Below are positions 34,692 through 40,225 of a DNA stretch of 40,225 nt, piece after piece (the first letter of the stretch is position 1; every line of letters begins with the position of its first letter). The DNA comes from a virus. Taxonomy: Duplodnaviria > Caudoviricetes. The stretch is from positions 1-40,225 of IMG/VR virus record IMGVR_UViG_3300037522_000113, one strand, 5' to 3'. Below the pieces are notes generated by a model. It was not told the DNA's origin. It searched no databases and was given only the letters and a program-made list of their open reading frames with translations. The position numbers and the translations under genes are program-made.

Positions 34692-34942
34692 TGAGCCCCC
34701 GCTGTTCGCAGCCGCTCAAGCCTCGCGAACCGAGACGTTACGCGGTTGCCGCGCCGCACGTCACCGACCAGCATCACGCCGTCACGCGCGAAGTCGCGAC
34801 GACGGCAGCAGTCCACTACGTCGCCGTCCACGCGCGACAAGCCGCGCTGCAACAGGTCGTCGTCGCTGTCTGCGATTCGGTCCTGACCGAGTACGTCATC
34901 GAACACGATGATGGGCTCCGTCAGCCGCCGTAGGTGCGCCAT
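34688..34942 (-). CDS. Hypothetical protein
   Basis: GGAGG RBS before ATG 34942; stop overlaps next start. Confidence 0.6.
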   Translation of the reverse strand: MAHLRRLTEPIIVFDDVLGQDRIADSDDDLLQRGLSRVDGDVVDCCRRRDFARDGVMLVGDVRRGNRVTSRFARLERLRTAGAQ

Positions 34943-34944
34943 TG

Positions 34945-36384
34945 CTACTCGCCCTCCCCTGTACCGAGTGGTGTGAGGCCGGGGCCGATGAGTATACGCC
35001 TGCACTGATTCAGTGCCGCGTCAACATCAATCCCGCTTTCGTAATACTCGGGGTTCAAGTGGTCCGCGCGCAATAGTTTCCACGTAACGGGCAGGATCGA
35101 CGAGCGGTCGGTCTCCGTAGGCCCGACACCGACCCAGAACTGCGGGGCGCTCCACGACCCGACCTCGAACGGCGTGAATGTGTCCCCGACCGCGCCCGCC
35201 GATACTGCCGCGCCGCGCACGGCAGCGCAAAGATACACCGTGCCGTCAATGATCCAAGCCGCGCACTCCAGCAGGTCCTCGCGCTGAGCGTCCAACCCCA
35301 CCACAGCCTCGTATGCCGTACTGTCGCCCGGACGATAGACGAAGCGCAGCGCGCCGGAATCGGTGATGTCTACGAACGCGCGAGGGTCGGTCTCACCGCC
35401 AATGTGCCACAGCTTAGTCCCGGCAAGGTGCGCGAAGTCCGCTCCAAGGAGCGCGGAAAAGTAGATCAAGAGCGGAGCCGTAGCCAACGACGGGGCGTCG
35501 TTGTAGACGACAGTTTCGCCGTCGCGCGTCACCAGCCCGTCGCTCGGTTCACCTGTTGGCGTTGCCCGCCGCGACGGGATGGGCGATGTTACGTATTCGC
35601 CCGCCTCCATCTGCGACAGCACGAAGTAGACCACCGTGCCCGCCGCTGCACGAACACAGAAGCGATCGCCAGTAGTGAGCGTGAACGTTTCCGCCCATCG
35701 TACGTAGCGCCCTACCGGCGTGCGTGTCGTACCGCTGCCGAATGGATCAGGCCCAAGGTCGAACGCCCCGTCGCCGCGCACGTAAGCCGAGACAGTATAG
35801 ACACCGTCCGACGGGGCGATAGCGCTGACGCTGCCGACAACATACGTATTAGTAGCGCGTGCCTCCGTTGTACCCGCGCTGTTGTCGAGCAGCAGGACGC
35901 GACCGTCTGTTGTAATGTCGAAAAGTCCTGCCTCGATAATCGCCGCCGTGTCGTCCACCACTGTGAGCGTCGCCGCCGCGTCGCCGCTCTTGGTCCATCC
36001 TAGCGTGCTGCTCCCGCCGAGCCTTGCGTTATTGATACTGCGGTTCTGCCGTGCGCGCTCGATTACGCCGACCTTCATCCACGCGCCATAGAGCGGGCGC
36101 AGCGCGAAGCGTAGCGTGTCCGCCCCGTTGCGACGCCAGACGCCACGACTATCGCGCACCCACGCAGTAGAGCCGCGCACCACTTGCATGTCGCCGCCGA
36201 TAAGCGGGTCCTCGCCGTACTCGGCGTGCCAATAACCGAGCACAGACGAGATATCAAAGACTGGGCCGACGACCTCTGTCGGTGTCTCTGTAGGTGTCTC
36301 TGTCGGGGTCTCCGAGCCCTCTCCGCCGACGAATATGTCGGCGAAGATGTCTTGGAAGATGCCCTGAAAGAGCCCTGTCGTCAC
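34945..36384 (-). CDS. Tail fibre/virion protein with putative carbohydrate-binding beta-sandwich domains
   Basis: IERARQN, YTVSAYVRG, QMEAGEYVTSPIP, VTRDGE motifs common in phage fibres; ETPT linker. Confidence 0.75.
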   Translation of the reverse strand: MTTGLFQGIFQDIFADIFVGGEGSETPTETPTETPTEVVGPVFDISSVLGYWHAEYGEDPLIGGDMQVVRGSTAWVRDSRGVWRRNGADTLRFALRPLYGAWMKVGVIERARQNRSINNARLGGSSTLGWTKSGDAAATLTVVDDTAAIIEAGLFDITTDGRVLLLDNSAGTTEARATNTYVVGSVSAIAPSDGVYTVSAYVRGDGAFDLGPDPFGSGTTRTPVGRYVRWAETFTLTTGDRFCVRAAAGTVVYFVLSQMEAGEYVTSPIPSRRATPTGEPSDGLVTRDGETVVYNDAPSLATAPLLIYFSALLGADFAHLAGTKLWHIGGETDPRAFVDITDSGALRFVYRPGDSTAYEAVVGLDAQREDLLECAAWIIDGTVYLCAAVRGAAVSAGAVGDTFTPFEVGSWSAPQFWVGVGPTETDRSSILPVTWKLLRADHLNPEYYESGIDVDAALNQCRRILIGPGLTPLGTGEGE

Positions 36385-37286
36385 CGCGACACTACCCCGA
36401 TCTTCGCACCCTCGGACAGGTCAAGCCCCCCGGCTCCAAGCTCATAGCCGAACGCACGTCCGACGCCAAGCGCCTCGGTGATACCGCGCGCGTCCAACTG
36501 CGCAGCGATGGCCCCGTCAATCTCGGACAGGTCCAGCCCGCTGATGGGCGCATTCTCTAGCGCCAATACCGTGAACTGCCACACGTCGGTCGCCTGCTCA
36601 TACAGCATTCCATCAAGCTTGGTGGTCGTTACTAGTATCTCCGCGACGATTGCCGCGATACCGTCCGAGCCGGAGAGAGCATCGCCCACCCCGGTAACAT
36701 CTGCCGCGACAGCGGTCAGGTCCTGCAAGACCGTTGTCAGGTCGTCTTGTGACGCTTCCAGTGAGTGGATTTCGTTGTCGAAGTCGCCCCCCGCCGTCCC
36801 GAAGTTCTGATTGATCAGATTGAGTTCCGCCACGAGGTCCGTCTTTGCCGCCGCGTCGCTACGGGCCAGAGCGGCCTGTAGCCGGACGATCTGCGTGAAC
36901 AGAGGCGAGGTCTCCGCCTCCAGCGACTCGATGATTGCGTCCGCGACGAAGCTGATCGGGTCGCCGCGAAACGGCACGATGCTGCCCGGAGCTGAGCCAC
37001 TGATCCACCCAGTACCGAACGAGTCGTTGTTCGCGGTTGCGCCACCGGATGCCGGGATGCCGATGCCATACATTCCGTCGCCCAGGTTTATCCAGTCGTA
37101 ATCGCCGCTCGATTCCGTTGGCGTGATGGTCTCGCGAGTGCGTGTGCCATCGCGCGTCTCGAAGTTCCAGCTAATAACCATCTCCGTGAAGTCGAACGGT
37201 ACGGACGCGAGGACAGCGCCGTCGTAGTCCATGAGCGGCTTCTCGTTGACCGGAACGATGATCGCGATATCGATTGGGAGCTCCAT
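36381..37286 (-). CDS. Putative virion structural protein
   Basis: Acidic; GMY, TKLDGML and QFTVLALENAP segments; in tail gene run. Confidence 0.68.
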   Translation of the reverse strand: MELPIDIAIIVPVNEKPLMDYDGAVLASVPFDFTEMVISWNFETRDGTRTRETITPTESSGDYDWINLGDGMYGIGIPASGGATANNDSFGTGWISGSAPGSIVPFRGDPISFVADAIIESLEAETSPLFTQIVRLQAALARSDAAAKTDLVAELNLINQNFGTAGGDFDNEIHSLEASQDDLTTVLQDLTAVAADVTGVGDALSGSDGIAAIVAEILVTTTKLDGMLYEQATDVWQFTVLALENAPISGLDLSEIDGAIAAQLDARGITEALGVGRAFGYELGAGGLDLSEGAKIGVVSR

Positions 37287-37295
37287 CGTGCTGCC

Positions 37296-37994
37296 TCAGT
37301 AGTAGTAAAGAAGTGCGGGACTCGGGCCGGAGGGCGGTGCCGCCACCTCTTGCAACTCGAACGCCATGCCCAGTTTCGCGCCCGTCGTGTTGCTCGCGGT
37401 CGCAGATGCCGCAGTGTCGTCCGCGTCGGACTTCCACTGACACTGGAGGTTCTGCGCGCCGCTCGCCTCTTCGTGCAATTCATCCCAATTCGTGCGCGGG
37501 GTCCACGTCGCGCCCGCAGTCGTATCATGCGCGAAGAACGCGATAAGCGCGTCAGCGTCACCGCTCGGAGAAATCGAAAACGAGGGATTGGCCCCCGAGC
37601 CAGCCTCTCCATTCGCAAGAAACACCGGCAACACCGTGCCCGCGTCGCTCCCGCACTCCATGATGACGGCGCGAGCGCGGTCCCAATGGTCACTGCCCCC
37701 GCGCGTAATAACCGTCGTGCCGGCGCTCGGGCTCCCGTCGCTGATGCCGTGCCAGACCCAAAGGGCACGGGAGGGAAGGCTGCTGTGTTTCCTGATCTGC
37801 AAATCCCCGAACGTAATCCCGCCGACAGTGCCGCCCACGGTCGGCGCGTCCGCCATCTCGGCATCGCTCGTCGTCGAAAACGCGAGCATATACCGCGTGT
37901 TCGCCGCGGGCGTCCACGACGCGAGCGTTTGGGACGTAACGTTGTTGCCGTTAGTCCCCGCAGACTGCGCGACGGTGGGGGTGGTTAGCGCCAT
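37296..37994 (-). CDS. Putative virion structural protein (Thr/Ser/Gly-rich beta protein)
   Basis: Composition and position in tail gene run. Confidence 0.72.
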   Translation of the reverse strand: MALTTPTVAQSAGTNGNNVTSQTLASWTPAANTRYMLAFSTTSDAEMADAPTVGGTVGGITFGDLQIRKHSSLPSRALWVWHGISDGSPSAGTTVITRGGSDHWDRARAVIMECGSDAGTVLPVFLANGEAGSGANPSFSISPSGDADALIAFFAHDTTAGATWTPRTNWDELHEEASGAQNLQCQWKSDADDTAASATASNTTGAKLGMAFELQEVAAPPSGPSPALLYYY

Positions 37995-38242
37995 CAGCCA
38001 GCGCCCCCGTACAGTTCAGGCACGGCTTCAATGCGGTGGCCCGCATGCTCCACGTCGCTCCACGCGTCCGGCGCGGCAAGACATTCCGCTGCCAAGCTGT
38101 CGAGTGCGGCAGGCGTGAGCACCGCATCGGGCGACACGATCTGCGCGAGTAACTGCAACACTTCCTCGCGCGAGTCGCCAAGCGCACGCGCCTGACCATC
38201 AGGCCCGATGTAGCGATAGAGGTAGCTCCAGTGAGCGCTCAT
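37994..38242 (-). CDS. Hypothetical protein
   Basis: ATGA start, TGATG end overlap. Confidence 0.6.
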   Translation of the reverse strand: MSAHWSYLYRYIGPDGQARALGDSREEVLQLLAQIVSPDAVLTPAALDSLAAECLAAPDAWSDVEHAGHRIEAVPELYGGAG

Positions 38243-39345
38243 ACGTCCTTCCCCGAGATGTAGAAGTGATCCCACCACAGGTACATCTCCTCGTCCACCG
38301 TATCGGCCGAACCGCCCCACGTCGGCGAGATATTGAATCCTTCCCACTTATCATTCCCGCCCGCCCCGCAGAACATGATGCCCGTCCACTCCGCGATCTT
38401 CGTCATTGAACCGGCGCCAGACTTGAGCCACATATGCAATTCACCGTCCGCAACGCCCGCCGCGTTCGCGACCATCAGCAATTCGAGAATGTGCCAAACG
38501 TCGCGCGTGAGTTGCGCGCCACTCCCAATGTTCTGCATCAGGTTGTTGCCCAAGCCACCGCCCGGATTCGGGTAAATCTCGGCCAAGTTCTGCACGCCGA
38601 AACCGGGGGCCAGTCCACTGTTCCGGGCTTGCAGGAACACGCGGTTTGACGCGTTGATGTTGAAATGCACAAGCTTGTTAGTGCCGCTTGAATGACTTTG
38701 GAAGTTCGATGAGAACTTGAGTGCGAGCCGGACGAACCGGATATGACGACTCGTCAAGCCGCCAGACGGGAACGTCGCACAAGGCGCAGACCCTCCACCG
38801 AAGCCAACAGGGTAGAGCATCCGCAGTATCTTCGGCTGACTAGTCGGGGCAGTCTCGTCGTCCTGCACCAACATCCGAGACTCGGTCGTGTTCCCCCATC
38901 CGGTCTCCGTGACCGATAGGAATCCACGGTCACGCTGCATCGTCATGCCCGCAGGCTCGTTGTCCTCCGCTCCGCCCGCCGCGACTTGGAACGTCACCGA
39001 CTCGCCAGTGATCGCACCGTCCGCTACCTGCACCTTCACGTTCGCCGCCTGCGCCGCGAACTCGATCGCGTGATCCTCCAGCGCGCCCGCCGTGAAGGAC
39101 GCCGACGTGCCGCCGCCAGTGCTCAGCGTGCCCGCCGTCACCGACACTTCCACCGTGCCGGTGTAGCCTGTGAACGGATTGCCGAACTGGTCCAGTGCGA
39201 CGATATCAAGGTCCGACTCGACGCCTGCGACCTGCGCGCCGACAGGGCCACCGCCTGCCGCGTACACGCCGAATGACGTGTGTTCGAGCGGGGTAGCCTT
39301 CTTCCCGCGCCGGGACCTCGCTACTGCATGAAGTGCGGCTGGCAT
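38239..39345 (-). CDS. Ig-like domain + polysaccharide lyase-like/ConA beta-jelly-roll protein (candidate receptor-binding protein)
   Basis: ALDQFGNPFTGYTGTV Ig-like motif; LRMLYP.G, KFSSNF, NKL, WHILEL, DGELHMW, PTWGG, WWDHFYIS. Confidence 0.68.
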   Translation of the reverse strand: MPAALHAVARSRRGKKATPLEHTSFGVYAAGGGPVGAQVAGVESDLDIVALDQFGNPFTGYTGTVEVSVTAGTLSTGGGTSASFTAGALEDHAIEFAAQAANVKVQVADGAITGESVTFQVAAGGAEDNEPAGMTMQRDRGFLSVTETGWGNTTESRMLVQDDETAPTSQPKILRMLYPVGFGGGSAPCATFPSGGLTSRHIRFVRLALKFSSNFQSHSSGTNKLVHFNINASNRVFLQARNSGLAPGFGVQNLAEIYPNPGGGLGNNLMQNIGSGAQLTRDVWHILELLMVANAAGVADGELHMWLKSGAGSMTKIAEWTGIMFCGAGGNDKWEGFNISPTWGGSADTVDEEMYLWWDHFYISGKDV

Positions 39346-39346
39346 A

Positions 39347-39754
39347 TCAGGTACCCCCCGCGTTACGGCGCGCTCGAGAAGCCTCGATGCGCGCACGCAT
39401 TCCCTCGGTGCGTTCCCGCATTGCCTCGCGGTTGGCCTCGGCCTGTTCGCCACGCTTCCACGGCGACATTACGCGCTCGCGCACTGACGTGCGCACCGCC
39501 TTCGCCGCGTCCAGTCGCGCCGTCTCGCCATCAGTCGCGCTAAACCTCTCGTCGAAGCACGATGCGCCGTACACCACGCGCACGCCGCCAATACCGGGCG
39601 TAGTAGCAAACGCCGCCGCAATGAATGGACTTACGCGCCCGGCCAGCTCGTCGGGGTAATAGTCAGCGCCCTCGCTCGCGACGATAAACGTCACGCCGAT
39701 AGCTGGCTCGTGCTCCGCGACAGTCTTGCCGCATACCGCGCACACGCGCGTCAT
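39347..39754 (-). CDS. Hypothetical protein
   Basis: GAGG RBS, ATGA coupling; CAVC N-terminus. Confidence 0.62.
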   Translation of the reverse strand: MTRVCAVCGKTVAEHEPAIGVTFIVASEGADYYPDELAGRVSPFIAAAFATTPGIGGVRVVYGASCFDERFSATDGETARLDAAKAVRTSVRERVMSPWKRGEQAEANREAMRERTEGMRARIEASRARRNAGGT

Positions 39755-40041
39755 TCTACGGCCACCTCGGCAGCTACCGGCTCGTCTGCCGGTTCTGCTC
39801 GCGGGCGCGGTACGTCGGGAGCGAACGTAATCACGCCCTTGACCAGATCGGCGCGAGCACGCCCGGTGTAGTCGCCCGTAAGCGCCGCGAGCATTGCGCT
39901 AATACCCAGCTCCAGCGCTTTCAGCTCTCGGGCCGCGCCCTCGAACTCCAGTTTGGCCATAGCCGCGCGCGTACGCGCCTGAGCGGATCGCGCTGTCAAG
40001 CCTTGCAGCATCGTGCGCTGGTCGTCTGTAATGGGAATCAT
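39751..40041 (-). CDS. Small coiled-coil protein
   Basis: ATGA-coupled start at 40041. Confidence 0.62.
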   Translation of the reverse strand: MIPITDDQRTMLQGLTARSAQARTRAAMAKLEFEGAARELKALELGISAMLAALTGDYTGRARADLVKGVITFAPDVPRPRAEPADEPVAAEVAVE

Positions 40042-40225
40042 TGCGGGTAGTAGATAGGGGTGGGCGGAACGGTCTGGGCACAGGGGACCTCTGATATGGT
40101 GCCCCACTGGCCCGTCTCGGTAACCATCGGGCCATAGTGCTCAGGAGTACAGGCAGGTACGGTGGGCGCGTAGATTGACGCGACCATCCAAAACCAGAAT
40201 AGCATGACCGTCAGCATTACTAAGG
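40038..40225 (-). CDS. Partial CDS (3' end) of a membrane-anchored protein running in from the window edge
   Basis: Open frame LVMLTVMLFWFWMVASIY...YYPQ-stop whose TGA overlaps ATG 40041. Confidence 0.5.
   Translation of the reverse strand, partial: LVMLTVMLFWFWMVASIYAPTVPACTPEHYGPMVTETGQWGTISEVPCAQTVPPTPIYYPQ

Larger units (their letters stand above)
1..40225. mobile_element. Tailed dsDNA bacteriophage genome segment (Caudoviricetes)
   Basis: Terminase, portal, minor head protein, primase-helicase, RusA, endolysin, holin-like and tail-like genes; tight ATGA/GTGA coupling; no host housekeeping genes. Confidence 0.97.

Overview
The whole window reads as part of a GC-rich tailed dsDNA phage genome, with no host genes, integrase, CI-like repressor, tRNA or CRISPR array recognisable. 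Minus strand 1-14.7 kb carries a replication initiator with internal iterons, a primase-polymerase/DnaB-like helicase, an HNH-like gene, terS and terL. A 7.3-kb island of glycosyltransferases, methyltransferases, two CTP-dependent riboflavin-kinase-like domains and fibre-like structural genes then separates terL from the portal and minor head genes. Plus strand 15-30.2 kb is a long early/accessory array (DUF3560-like, HTH regulators, Gp157, annealing-like protein, RusA, two intact DNA methyltransferases and one truncated one), with many genes bounded by short direct repeats. Minus strand 30.2-40.2 kb carries tail/receptor-binding genes and a lysis cassette. Capsid, tail tube and tape measure genes are absent and presumably lie outside the window. 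The strongest novelty candidates are (i) a small CPPxC-terminated protein coupled to a multi-pass membrane protein at the head of the lysis cassette, (ii) the virion-modification island, and (iii) an HNH endonuclease that inserted into the membrane gene with a recoded replacement 3' end. All family assignments come from motif recognition by eye; no database searches were run. Several starts were moved from the ORF track to ATGA/GTGA-coupled starts.
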